The notes beneath the pieces are model-generated. The model was not told where the DNA came from, searched no databases, and was given only the letters and a program-made list of their open reading frames with translations. A DNA stretch of 64,000 nucleotides, taken from positions 123,070,001 to 123,134,000 of the forward strand of contig OX597819.1 of assembly GCA_951406725.2 (NCBI GenBank), written 5' to 3'. Shown here one piece after another: positions 1-12,667 of the stretch. Both the position numbers and the translations under genes were made by a program. Numbering within the stretch: position 1 is the first letter of the stretch; each line of letters begins with the position of its first letter. This DNA comes from Octopus vulgaris (lineage: Eukaryota).

Positions 1-1048
1 AATAATCTCTTCCCAAACAAATCTATTTCCCAGTATCTCTGTTAGAAAACATTTTGATATGACATTGTTTTTATTGTCTATCTTCACGCGAGACAATCTA
101 AATGTGACCATCTCATAATAATAATATATTTTCAGAGATAATGAACCTATGTCTGCATTTTTCAATGAGTTCTTCTTTTTTAAAGATGATAGTACGGGGA
201 ATAGGAGAGACAACTTAAGAAAGCGAGAGAGAGAGAGAGAGGGAGCGATGTGACTGCTATTTCTAACCGATCGAATGAACATGTTCAGCCTCTCTTATTT
301 GCCCTTATTTTAACACCCTGCCACCCACACGCAAGCACGCAAATGTTTACGAGCAGTCTTTGAATTTTTCTAGCCAAAGGGCGTCTTAGCTCAATATTTA
401 CACATAATTATAGCTTTGTCTACTTCGAGCTCCGCCATAAAAAAAGAAAAAACAATTATATACGTTTATATTGAAGACTAGCTATTTTGACCCGTGCTTC
501 GCTCTGGTTTTGGTGGTGGTGTTGTTTTCTGCGAGTTGTCTCCTTTTCCCTTTTTTCTTTTGTTCGTCTTCTTCACCTGGTTCTTTTTATTGCCCTCTTA
601 TTTTTTTCTTGTTCTTACTTTTTATTTTTTCTTCGTCTTTATCTTCTTCTTCTCTTCTTCTTATTTCTCTTCTTCCACTCTTTCTTTTCTCCTTTTCCCA
701 TATTCCTCACCATGGCAACCAAACTGTAGCCCCGAACGACTTGCAGCCCTCCTGACACCATTGCCCACCCCATTTTACCCCCCACTGTAAAATTTGGCGC
801 CAATCCGACCTCATCTAAACCGTTACAATCCCAAAATGAGACAAACAACCACGAAATAAAACAAATTTTTCACATTTCAGCTTTATCGATATTGATAATG
901 TGAAGTATTTATTTAAAAATTCTATTTTGGAAATGTATGATTGTTTTAATTTTTTGTATTTTAATTTAGGCTGAATGGTGAAAAATAATGAACTGGTTAC
1001 CACAAGTAAAAGTTCGACTTCAGGAGAAATGAAGAATTAAAGGCGAGA

Positions 1049-2161
1049 ATGATTCCGTCAGAAAACCTCACGAACATTATCACCACAAAGAGTTATAATG
1101 CTTACGAACAGTTCTACTTGGAAGCGCGTTCCATCACCGGTCTCGTATGTTACCCAATCGCCTGCTCAATCGGCCTTATAGGAAACACAATGAGCATTAT
1201 CGTGATGACCCAAAAGCAAATGCAGTCCTCGACAAATATCTACCTCTTGGCTTTGGCCTTTTCTGATAGCATAAAACTCATCAACGACTTTCTCTATTTC
1301 ATCGTCATATTACTGATGGAGATAGACAAACGCACAGGAGAGTCTTTATATCAAGGTTTATATCCTTACGCCCATTATATATTCAATACGTCGTTATGCA
1401 TATCGGCGTGGATCACCGTATCTGTCGCAGTGGAACGATATGTTTACGTGTGTAAACCACTCTACGTGAAATCTTACTGCACTATTCACCGCGCCCGCAT
1501 TATAACTGTATGTGTTTACTTCTTTATGAGTATGCTATCCATACCATATGCAATGAGATACCAGTCTTTTGAAGTGTACGATAATAGAACAAATCAGACT
1601 TTAATGGATATGTCAGTCACGAAACTCTGGCAAAACAATGTCTTCTCCAGGGCTTACACTTGGTTTCAAAACCTCATTCGTTCAGTAATTCCGCTCTTAA
1701 CTTTAATAGTATTAAATACTTGTATAATGTGTGGTATTAGGCGTTGTAAACTAAGCAAATCCAAGAATATGAGACGATACCGCATTACCATCATGTTGGT
1801 CTGTGTTGTCTTGGTATTCATGGTTTGTATATCGCCTGATGCCATCATGTCCACCATCCTTGGTTTTGGATATATCGAAGAAGATTATTTAACTCGCGGC
1901 ATTCGCGAGATAACCGATCTATTACTTCTTATTAACTCAGCGGTGAATTTTATACTCTATTGCATATTCAACACGATATTTTGGAAGAACTTCTTACATA
2001 TTTTCTGCGCTATTTGTATAAAAATCTACTGCCCTCACCACCAGATGAACGTTTCCACACCATCAAGACAACTGCAAAGCAATGTGTACAGAGAAGTTCA
2101 ACTAGCTACATTTCCAGGAACACATCATTTTAAATTGGTGTCTGTCAAACGAGGTATGTAG
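1049..2161 (+). CDS. Class A (rhodopsin-like) GPCR, FMRFamide-receptor/sex-peptide-receptor-like family
   Basis: Uninterrupted 370-aa ORF with 7 hydrophobic segments. Motifs: GLIGN (TM1), TNIYLLALAFSD (TM2), VAVERYVYVCKPL (TM3), FMVCISP (TM6), INSAVNFILY (TM7). The NFxxY variant is typical of this peptide-receptor-like group. Candidate acceptor ttttaatttag ends at 969. The last codons may be replaced by splicing (see findings). Confidence 0.93.
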   Translation: MIPSENLTNIITTKSYNAYEQFYLEARSITGLVCYPIACSIGLIGNTMSIIVMTQKQMQSSTNIYLLALAFSDSIKLINDFLYFIVILLMEIDKRTGESLYQGLYPYAHYIFNTSLCISAWITVSVAVERYVYVCKPLYVKSYCTIHRARIITVCVYFFMSMLSIPYAMRYQSFEVYDNRTNQTLMDMSVTKLWQNNVFSRAYTWFQNLIRSVIPLLTLIVLNTCIMCGIRRCKLSKSKNMRRYRITIMLVCVVLVFMVCISPDAIMSTILGFGYIEEDYLTRGIREITDLLLLINSAVNFILYCIFNTIFWKNFLHIFCAICIKIYCPHHQMNVSTPSRQLQSNVYREVQLATFPGTHHFKLVSVKRGM

Positions 2162-3136
2162 CATAATTAAAATTACGTTAGTCTTATCTTTGTCACTGAT
2201 TATATGCAAACCTACATTCCTTACTATGTATTGATTAAATGTTAACAAGTCATAAGTTGAGTGGAAATCGGATACGAATACCAAAAGCAAACAATTCAAA
2301 TAAAGACTCTTATATTCTTATATTTTACCGAGCTGTTCATTCAATTATTGAAAAGTTGTTATCTCTTAATGAAACCAAATTTGTCACAATTTTCTAATGT
2401 ATGATTTTATATAATAAAATAAGCAGTTTGTTTTCTTGCAAGAACTTCTGTTATTGCTTGTATTACTAACATACATGAATGTTTGTTTATAGTAAATGTT
2501 CATATGCTTGCTCAGCAAATTACCGTAATTTCTTCGTCACCAGTTTTACATTATCAATGTGTTGTAGCCGCTTTCTTGAAATACTGTTGTTGATTCGAAT
2601 AATCATTGTCGTTACATGCTCAGCTAACATCCACAATTCTTTCTCGAATTGATTTACTTGACCTGAAAATAAACATTGATTTTAGTCACCACATGTATTA
2701 TATTTCGAGTGTCACTGAACAAAGACAAGAGCCTCAGATTGTTATTATTTCACACAAGTAAAGCAGTGAGATGCTACAATCGTCAACAAAGCGGACAAAA
2801 TGCTCCGTGGAATCTCTGCCAGCTCTTTACATTCTTAGTTTAAATTTTACCTTTCATCCACTCGGTGTCTAAAGAATAAATACCAGCATAGTTAAGAACG
2901 GGGTTCGATGTAATTCATTAACTCTTTCCTTCAAAATTGCTTGCCTTATGCACTAATCTGAAGCCCTTACTTCACACTAAATGTTATTTAACATGGCTGA
3001 GTATTGACAGAGTCTAAGTATGAAGTTCGAGATACGATTGGATTTGTGTCAGTTATTTTCTAATTTTCAGTTCAGACCTAAGCTACCTTAAGATCGTAAA
3101 CATGATATGCACTTTCATATGTAAAATGGTTTAATT

Positions 3137-3532
3137 CTTTATTGCCCATAGAGGGGACAAACAATGACAGACAAACGAATTGAGTCGATTACATCGACCC
3201 CAGTGCGTAACTGATACTTATTTAATCGACCCCGTAAGGATGAAAGGCAAAATTAACCTCGGCGGAGTTTGAACTCAGAACGTGACGGCAGACGAAATAC
3301 CTATTTCTTTACTACCCACAAGGGTCTGAACACAGAGAGGACAAACGCAGACAGACAAAGGGATTACGTCGATTATATCGACACCAGTGCGTAACTGGCA
3401 CTTATTTAATCGACCCCAAAAGGATGAAAGGCAAAGTTACCCTCGGCGGAATTTGAACTCAGAACGCAGCGTCGGACGAAATACCGCTAAGCATTTCGCC
3501 CGGCGTGCTAACGTTTCTGCCAGCTCGCCGCC
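3137..3532 (-). mobile_element. tRNA-derived SINE family B (Nin/Deu-like central domain), dimeric copy
   Basis: Head GGCGGCGAGCTGGCAGAAACGTTAG, B-box GAGTTCAAATTCC, core GCCTTTCATCCTTTCGGGGTCGAT..AAGTACCAG. The body is present twice. Flanked by the near-perfect direct repeat tatgtaaaatg(g)tttaatt (3118-3136 and 3534-3551). Confidence 0.88.
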
Positions 3533-4118
3533 TTATGTAAAATGTTTAATTAAGACGTGAGATTGATATGGTTGTCATTTCTAGTAGGTCTGGTTATTTT
3601 ATAGGCGCTCACTAATACATTATCGTTATCATTGTCATTATCATCATCAATCCTTAGACATTTCTGTTTGAGAGTTAGAATACGTAGGATAGTTAAGCGG
3701 GGTATCTTGTGTGTAAGCGACCGAGGTGCCAATACTCCCACTGAAATGCAACGCCATTTCGTTTCATATTTACTCATTCACAACAGATTGAACTGGAGCA
3801 AGCATCGAAAAGTAAACTTGAAAAATAAAATGCACCACTCGATCAACGAGTCGAAACGATGATCTTAGGTGCAGACTCCCTAACCTGTAGATCACATGAC
3901 TTCCCTGTCTTATATTATTGGAAAACTTCTGAATATGAAACAATCTGTATACTTATCTATCACATGCTATAAAAAAAAATTGGTATTCAATAACATCATT
4001 GATTGGAAATGTAAATAAGAAAATGAAATAAATATAGACAGTAACATATTTACGAATTCACTTTTTAGAAAACAGAAACCAAGTAACACGGTCCAGCATA
4101 GATTATAAAAATATTCTT

Positions 4119-4123
4119 TATAC

Positions 4124-4187
<64 letters not shown>

Positions 4188-4219
4188 GTATATATATATA
4201 TATTTATATGTATATATAC

Positions 4220-4261
<42 letters not shown>

Positions 4262-4491
4262 GTATATATACGTATATATATATATATATTTATATGTATA
4301 TATACGTGTATATATATATATATATATATATACGTATATATATATATATATATTTATACACATACACAGATACATATACACAGACACACACACAAACACA
4401 CAGACACACAAACATACACACATACACACACAGACACACCTATATATATAAACAATTCTATTTTCTAGTTTTTATATATATTTATATATAC

Positions 4492-4536
<45 letters not shown>

Positions 4537-4871
4537 CGTATATATATATATATATATTTATACACATACACACAGATACATATACACAGACACACACAAA
4601 CACACACACAAACATACACACACACACGCACAGACACAAACACACACATATATATATAAACGATTCTTTTTTTTTACTTACTTATCGATGACTAGGTGGT
4701 GGGGAATTATCGTACAATTCATAAATGTTTCCTGCTGGATAAATTGATAAGACGAGCGGCGTCGTGTCTGGGTGATAAACTAGTAAATATTTTCACAATA
4801 TACACAGACATGCTTATTGAAGTGTGCGTATGTAGGTACGTATACATATGTGTGTATATGCATATATATGC

Positions 4872-4903
<32 letters not shown>

Positions 4904-4914
4904 AGTATAGTATA

Positions 4915-4967
<53 letters not shown>

Positions 4968-5135
4968 TATATACACATATATATAGAGATAGATTATATT
5001 CATATAGATATTTTTTTTTATTGAAATTGAAGCCCTAGTGAAGGCGAGCGTTTCTCTCGCCACTCGAGTTACAGGATACTGCAATCTTCTGGCAAAACAC
5101 TGAGCTAACATTGTTTTGTCACCATGCATAAGCAT

Positions 5136-5180
<45 letters not shown>

Positions 5181-5230
5181 AGTACGATTTATTCGCGATC
5201 AGGTTAGTTCGAAAACCTACGTACATTTAT

Positions 5231-5304
<74 letters not shown>

Positions 5305-5381
5305 TATACAAATATATTTATACACCCCCACACACATACACTCACACATATGTATATATTTATGCATATAAGTATATCTAC

Positions 5382-5478
<97 letters not shown>

Positions 5479-5490
5479 CACATATATGCC
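4119..5490. repeat. Compound (TA)n/(CA)n/(TG)n microsatellite cluster
   Basis: Directly visible dinucleotide tracts. It includes an internally duplicated TA-CA block (about 4330-4460 vs 4530-4660). Confidence 0.97.
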
Positions 5491-5850
5491 ATTTTGGTGA
5501 ATCAGCAAAAATCTATGTAGTGATAGATTGGATTTCACTTAACTGTAAGCGATGAAATAGTGCTACTAAGTACCTATAATTTCAAGCGAAATTGGCTTGG
5601 CAATTTTGTACCCTCGCTTGCGGTGGCGCCATTAACTCCCCTGTCAGTATATAGACTTGTGCTATGTTTGTAGCTATAATGGACTTTGACTCTTTTTTCT
5701 AGTAACATAGATGCTACAATGCGCCCTGAGTCATAATTACGGACGACATAATTATTCTAGCTATCTTTATCCTTTTATTCATAGATACACACACACACAC
5801 ATACATACATATCTGTCTATCTATCTATCTATCTACCTACCTACCTCCCC

Positions 5851-5900
<50 letters not shown>

Positions 5901-6009
5901 ATCTATCTATCTATATATATATATATATATCTGTATATATATATCTTAATAACAAACAAGATGAGGTCAAATATCCGTCGAATGTAAATAATGTAAATAA
6001 AATATATGT

Positions 6010-6222
6010 ACTTTTCTACTCTAGGCACAAGGCCCAACATTTTTGAGGCGGGAGCCAGTCAATTAGATCGACCCCAGTCCTCAACTGGTACTTAATCTTT
6101 CAACTCCGAAAGGATGAAAGGCAACGTCGATGTCGGCGGAATTTGAACTCAGAACATGAAGACAGGTGATATACCGCTAAGCATTTCGCCTGGTGTGCTA
6201 ACATTTCTGCCAGCTCGTCGCC
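6010..6222 (-). mobile_element. SINE family B, short-tail subfamily
   Basis: Same head and core as 3137-3532, but with a different tail (..GGCCTTGTGCCTAGAGTAGAAAAG). Confidence 0.85.
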
Positions 6223-6240
6223 TGAATAATAAAGTATATA

Positions 6241-7315
6241 CAGGGGTTGGACAAAATATTGGAAACACCTTAAAATTCCAAACAAATTTATTTTAATATA
6301 GAGTAGGACCTCCTTTGACAATAATTACAGCTTTAATTCTACGAAATACGGTCTCGTTTGAAGATTTGAATTGTTCCCAAAGGAATTTTTGTCCATTCTT
6401 CAGCTAAAACACTCTCCAGTTCTTATAGTGCTGATGGGGGAGGATATCAAATCCTTACTTTTTCTATAATATACTATTAATTTTCAATAATTGAGAGATC
6501 TGGAGACTGTGGTTGCCAGAGAAGATATTCAACTTCACTAGAATTTTCCTCGTGCCATTCAGTAACAACTTTAGCTGTGTGAATTGGTGCGTTATCATCC
6601 TGAATGATTGCGTTTTCCTCTGGAAACAGTTCCGCAACCAAAGGATGAATTTGATCAAATGAAATGCTTAAATAGACTTGACTATAAAAGGAAACCATAG
6701 GGCCGGCAGATTTCCAAGATATAGCCTCCCAGATCATCACAGATCCTCTTCCATGTTTAACAGTTGGAAGAAATCAGTCTGGGTCAAATGCTTCTTTTGG
6801 CTGTCTCGTCTGGTGGTCGGAAATAAAGTAAAGGATGACTCCTCCGAGAAAATAACATTCGTCCACTACTGTAGGGACCAATTCTGTAGGTTTTTACTCC
6901 ACTCTAAACGCTTTGCAACGTTTGTTTTTGAAAGTAGTTGTTTTCTAATTGCAGCCCTGCTGTGAAATCCGGCTTTGTGCAGCTACCACGAACAGTTTTT
7001 TGTGGAAACTGGGTTCTCAACGTGGTCATTAAGCTCTGCAATAAGCTTGGATGCTGTACTTTTGTGGTCCTTTACAACAATTCGCACCAACAATTTGACA
7101 TCTTTGAAAGTCCAATAGATCTGTCATTTTAATGAATTTTTATTACTTTTGTCTGATGATATCTGAAAAAAAACCAGCAATTTTAGCAAAGCTTATTAAG
7201 CAATACTAATAATACATAAAAATATAATAATAAACAAGCTTTTGACTGTTTTATAGATAATTCAAAATTATGATGCTATGAGGCTTCGTGTTTCCATTAT
7301 CTTGTCCAACCCCTA
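6241..7315 (-). mobile_element. Tc1-like DNA transposon, decayed and internally deleted
   Basis: TIRs caggggttggacaaaatattggaaacac / gtgtttccattatcttgtccaaccccta, preceded by TA. Minus-strand fragments QDDNAPIH and WQPQSPDLSIIEN match Tc1 DD34E motifs. Confidence 0.92.
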
Positions 7316-7323
7316 TGCATATA

Positions 7324-8823
7324 CACTGAACCGCAAAAGAAATGCAATATTTTTCAAATGTCATTTTTATATGACAAATTCTGAAAATTTATTTCGACTA
7401 AGTAAGAGTAAATATTCTAACACGTGCTGTCTTATGGCTGAGACCCAAATTGCAGGTAACCCTTCAACTTTTCCTGAAACGTGGTGCCAAAATGCAGTTG
7501 AGTTAAATGCTGTCGGTAGCAGTCGCAAACAACTGTCATGAAAACCGAAATGCCCGTGCATCTCGTGGAGGTTATGGGTACAAAAACCAACTTGAGCGGC
7601 GTTGATGGCATTTATGATTTGGACGCATCAGGTATGACCCGATTGCCAGCAGCACGTGGAGAATATGTTATCGGCCGATTGCAAGCAGGGCAGCGTACCA
7701 TGGTTGTTGCGAAAGCATACTATGTTCATGTCAGCTCCATCTATCGCCTGCAACAGCGATACAACAATACCAATAGCACTTCAGACCAATAGCAATTCAT
7801 AGGGCGCTCTTAGGTGACCACGCCCAGGCAGGACCGCTTCATCCACCTGCAACAACTCCATGATCACTTCAGACCGGCCAGTGTGACAGCTCGCGAGACC
7901 ATTGGCACTGGAAAGCAACCCATAAACAACGTGACCATACGGCGTCGACTGACCGCCAACAGCCTTCGTTGCCGTCGTCCTGTTCGAGGGGATCTGTTCG
8001 CACCGCCCGCCACCATCAGGCATTACAGTGGGCTACATAGCACCGGCATTGGCGGCATCAACAATGGAGATCACTAGTCTTCCGCGACGAATGTCGTTGC
8101 TGTGTTTCCTCCTCGGATGGCAGAGTGAGGGAGTGGAGTAGGAAGGGTGAACGCTACAGAGACGAATGTGTCACGGAGAGAAACGCGTTTGGTGGCCAAA
8201 GCATCATGGTTTGCGGTGCTATAGGGCTGAATCAGAGAATTGGGCCCTATGTGTTCCAAACTGTTGGTTCAGGCAGCGGGAATGTCATCACAGCGCAGCG
8301 CTACGTTGACCAGATCCTAAGACCTCACATCGTGCCCTTCGCACGTCACCATAGCTACGTGTTCCCACAGCTCAATACTCCCTCCATCACGGCCAGAGTC
8401 ACCATGAACTTCCTGAGTCAGCACAACATCAGAATCATGCCCTGACCGGCACTCAGACCGGACTTGAACCCAATTGAAAACCTATGTGATGAAATCCAGA
8501 GGCGGCTAAACCAGGTGGTCCCAAAACTGACAAGTCGTATGGAAATGAAAGCAGCTTGTCTCAGGGTGTGGGCACAGGTGCGAATAGCTTTCGTACCGAC
8601 GATGTGTGGCTGTTTTGAACACCCAGGGAGGGCATATACGGGACTGAACATGTCACGTCCTATAATCTCGATGTGCTGTAACCGCCCTCTACCAGAACAC
8701 ATGACAATGACCCGTAGACTGTGGTGAAAGTGCATCCAAGAAATTGACTTCATCAGATTTATCAAAATTTATCTCTGACATAATGAAATTAAAATATATT
8801 TCACAGTCACATGCGGTTCGGTG
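7324..8823 (+). mobile_element. Tc1-like DNA transposon (second family) with pseudogenised transposase
   Basis: TA-cactgaaccgca ... tgcggttcggtg-TA ends. Frameshifted transposase pieces: MTRLP..IGRLQAG, TTPRQDRFI, FGGQSIMVCGAI, and PDLNPIENLCD. Confidence 0.92.
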
Positions 8824-9444
8824 TACACACACACATACACACACACATACACACACACACACACACACGTACACACATACATATATATATATATATGTTG
8901 CTTATATGCTGTAGTATCAGAAATCATGAAAGCATTAATGAAAAAATATGCATCGAATGAGTTAGAAAACACGAATTTAAATATTAAAATTAAGGTCGAT
9001 ATCATTCTGATATTACTATTCCCATTTTCTTCTGCAATTTTTATATATATTCTATATACATACATTAGATTACATTAATATTTTATGACTTACTTTTATG
9101 CATCGACACTCAGTTATTAATGAATTGAAAAAATATTCAGAAATTTATAGAATGCAATGTTACATTAAAAGATATCCGCCTTAAACTAGTAGATCCCTTT
9201 TCAAACTGTAGAATAAAATAGATGTACTCTAGTTTAAGTGGGTTAAGAATTCGCTGCACTTGTTGCTCTTTCATTTGCCAAACAGAAAATGTAGTTCTAA
9301 AAAAGGAAATGGTTAACGCGTTCGGCCAGGATTTTTCTTCCTCAGAGACGAATTATTAGAAAAGTCTGTTTTGCGGGGTAAAATTTGATAATAATTGTGC
9401 TATTATCTGTATGTAATCGGTTATTTTGCGTTATTATAGGTACA

Positions 9445-9449
9445 CAAAT

Positions 9450-9521
<72 letters not shown>

Positions 9522-9726
9522 GGGGAAGAGAGAGAGGGAGTGAGAGAAAGGGATATATAGATAAATAGATAGACAGATATAAATATAAACATATACATAT
9601 ATAGACAATCATATATATATATCACGGTTTTAATGCACTAAGCCACTTGGTGTTAAATTGATGTACTATTAAATTAGTATCCAATTTTCTCACCCTTATT
9701 AGTTGATTATATATATATATATATAG

Positions 9727-9786
<60 letters not shown>

Positions 9787-9833
9787 GCGTGCGTGTGTGT
9801 GTGTTTGTGTATGCATATGTGTGTATATATATG

Positions 9834-9874
<41 letters not shown>

Positions 9875-10070
9875 TATTCATACATACATGCACACATACA
9901 TACACACACATACGTACATGCGTACACACACGCATATATATATATATATATATATATATCGACTACAAGGAATTCCGATGCACACGCACAAGCATCCGCA
10001 CATAGACACATTGACACGCACAGACACACAAACACCATACACACACACACACACACATACACACGCACTG
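9445..10070. repeat. Compound (CA)n/(TA)n/(TG)n microsatellites
   Basis: Directly visible. Confidence 0.95.
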
Positions 10071-10263
10071 AAGTACATTTATTTTTTTGCTTAATACAAA
10101 TATATGGTTTAACGTTTTGCTATCCATCTAAAAGATTTTTACCCAATCTGGCAGCATGAATTAGCGATCAGCTATTCAAAGCTTCCGTAGATTCCTTAGC
10201 ATGATCTTCTCAGTTTTTTGAAGAGGATTGAAATTAAGAACTTGCAAAGACGCAGCAACAACA

Positions 10264-10645
10264 GTGGAGGCGCAATGGTCCAATGGTTAGGGCAGCGGAC
10301 TCGTGGTCAGAGGATCGCGGTTTCGATTCCCAGACCGGGCGTTGTGTGTGTTTATTGAGCGAAAACACCTAAAGCCCCACGAGGCTCCGGCAGGGGGTGG
10401 TGACGACCCCTGTTGTACTCTTTCACTCCAACTTTCTCTCACTCTTTCTTCCTGTTTCTTGTCCCCGACTTCCTATGCAACCGCTGAGCCTGGATGTGCA
10501 TTCATTCATCCGTCGATGCTCTCGGTGTCGGGGGTTGACCTGCTTTCTCTTCTGCGGGTCTTACGAATAGCAAAGGACCACGTTTCGGACTTCTCCCATC
10601 TTGCGAGTTCTGGGACGAAGACCGTTCGCTCAACAGCAACAACAG
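10264..10645 (+). mobile_element. tRNA-derived SINE family C with (CAA)n-like tail
   Basis: A-box TGGTCCAATGG, B-box GGTTTCGATTCC. Head and body are shared with 14857 and 50564. Ends caacagcaacaacag. Confidence 0.85.
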
Positions 10646-10822
10646 CTAGAAAACTGTACTGAGGTGTATAAAAACTGGTCAGTACCTAACTGCCAATAGT
10701 TGGACTTGGTCTGTATCAACGACCAGGTCTCAGATGTATTGACAAAGCATTTAAACCCACTTTAGAGTGCAATGATATCTACAAATCAGAAAAGTATCTA
10801 TAACTGTAAAATACTTGGAGTT

Positions 10823-11241
10823 ACTCTTTTTTTACTCTTTTACTCTTTTACTTGTTTCAGTCATTTGACTGCGGCCATTCTGGAGCACCGCCTTTAGTCG
10901 AGCAAATCGACCCCGGGACTGATTCTTTGTAAGCCCAGTACTTATTCTATCGGTCTCTTTTGCCGAACCGCAAAGTGACGGGGACGTAAACACACCAGCA
11001 TCGGTTGTCAAGCAATGCTAGGGGGAAAAACACAGACACACAAACATATACATACATACATATATATATATATACATATATACGACAGGCTTCTTTCAGT
11101 TTCCGTCTACCAAATCCACTCACAAGGCATTAGCCGGCCCGGGGCTATAGCAGAAGACACTTGCCCAAGATGCCACGCAGTGGGACTGAACCCGGAACCA
11201 TGTGGTTTTTAAACAAGCTACTTACCACACAGCCACTCCTG
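10823..11241 (-). mobile_element. tRNA-derived SINE family A (internal TA/TG microsatellite, (TAAAAGAG)n tail)
   Basis: Head CAGGAGTGGCTGTGTGGTAAG, B-box GGTTCAGTCCC, consensus 3' end GGCGGTGCTCCAGCATGGCCGCAGTCAAATGACTGAAAC. It resembles the octopus OK/OR SINE families, but I cannot assign the exact family name. Confidence 0.9.
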
Positions 11242-12454
11242 TATAAATTTTTTAAAGAAATTATTGTACTTCAGGATGGTCATTTTATTTATTATCATAT
11301 ATAAAGCTGCTGAATCAAGAGATAATAAGACAAATCGGTATTTCAAAGTAATACTTGAAAAGTATTAAATAACATGCGGCCCAAAATATTTTTACTGATC
11401 CCATATATTTGACCCTTCCTTATATTATTAGTTTACATTTTTGGTTAACCAGGATATTATATTTATGACCGTTGAAAGTAGCATACAGCTTATGTTCCGA
11501 TATAACGTTAAGTTTCTACTCTCGCACGTAATTTTTAACTGAGAGATAGTTTTGTAATAAGCAGAGTAATTGCTAGGGTTAGATTTTTAACAGGCTTTGG
11601 TGATATTGTTGGAATCGTATCAATAAATGAGTGCAGTTATCACTTTGAAAATAAAATAATATTGTTTTTTTCTCTGAAGAAACAATGTTTTTGGCAAGTT
11701 TTAAATTTTGTTAAAGCAAAGATTTTGCTTGAAGGTGGTTCGAAGACATTTCAAAACACTTTTTTTCATCACTTAGAAGTGCTTTGCTGTGTAGATAAGC
11801 ATTTAAAGTATCTGAAATAAAACTCACTTTTGTGTTATCTATAATCGCTTTATGAAGAAATATTTATTATTTTTTTGTCATACACACGATAATGTCTTTT
11901 GTGTTTCCACTTAAATACTTAATGAATTTTGTTTTGAATGCTAACGGGACTTTCTTGTACAGAAAATTTTTAGCTTCTGATAGACTTTCACCTTTTTAAG
12001 CCCGACAATTGAGAATTCTCAATGGATTAAACAACAATGTCTTGAATCGTAAATTTGATTTTCATGTTGTCGATTATTCAAATGACTTTATCAGGGAAGC
12101 AGTGTGACAATTATAAGAAAAAACAATGTACGTGATCACATCGAAATATGACTAGTCTTTGGTATATGACTGGTTGCCAAAATGCTGTCAAAACTGCATC
12201 ATATGTTTAGCTATCAATTGTCATATTCATAACACGTTATGATTTGCAAACAACTTGCAAATGCAAGTGCTGCCAGTCAAAAACTCCGCATACCGAAAGA
12301 CAGCAACTGTATGGGGTCATCAGGAGAGAATGCGCGTCGTTTCGGGGCCTACATCTAGACAACATCCTTGCGCACCGACCCTACTCACTGATATGAGGTC
12401 CCGCTTGCTAGATCAACTGATTATTAAATAAAGCGGCAAAGCGCCTAATTCTAA

Positions 12455-12667
12455 GGCGGAAAACTGGCAGAAAAATTAGAACGTCGGGCGAAATGCTTAG
12501 CGGTGTTTCGTCCATCTTTACGTTCTGAGTTCAAACTCCACTGAGGTCGACTTTGCCTTTCATCCTTTCGGGGTCGATAAATTAATTACCAGTTGCTACG
12601 GAAGTCGATCTAATCGACTGTCCCATTCCCCCCAAATTTTGAGCTCTGTGCCTAGAGTAGAAAAGAA
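12455..12667 (+). mobile_element. SINE family B, short-tail subfamily
   Basis: Head, B-box, core and GTGCCTAGAGTAGAAAAG tail are all present. Confidence 0.85.

Noticed and set aside
471-790. Three hydrophobic F/L/S-rich ORFs upstream of the GPCR
   Set aside because: They come from a pyrimidine-rich low-complexity tract open in all three frames and have no family motif.
9310-9352. Minus-strand CTGAGGA...GAACGCGTT hammerhead-like motif
   Set aside because: One A of GAAA is missing and stems I and II do not pair. At best it is an unrecoverable relic.
10264-10340. tRNA genes at SINE heads (also 14857, 31215, 50564)
   Set aside because: The A/B boxes continue into shared repeat bodies and tails, and there is no proper acceptor stem.
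12310-12352. Minus-strand GAAA...CTGATGA resembling a type II hammerhead
   Set aside because: The would-be stem II strands (CCCC and CCCC) cannot pair, and stems I and III are absent.
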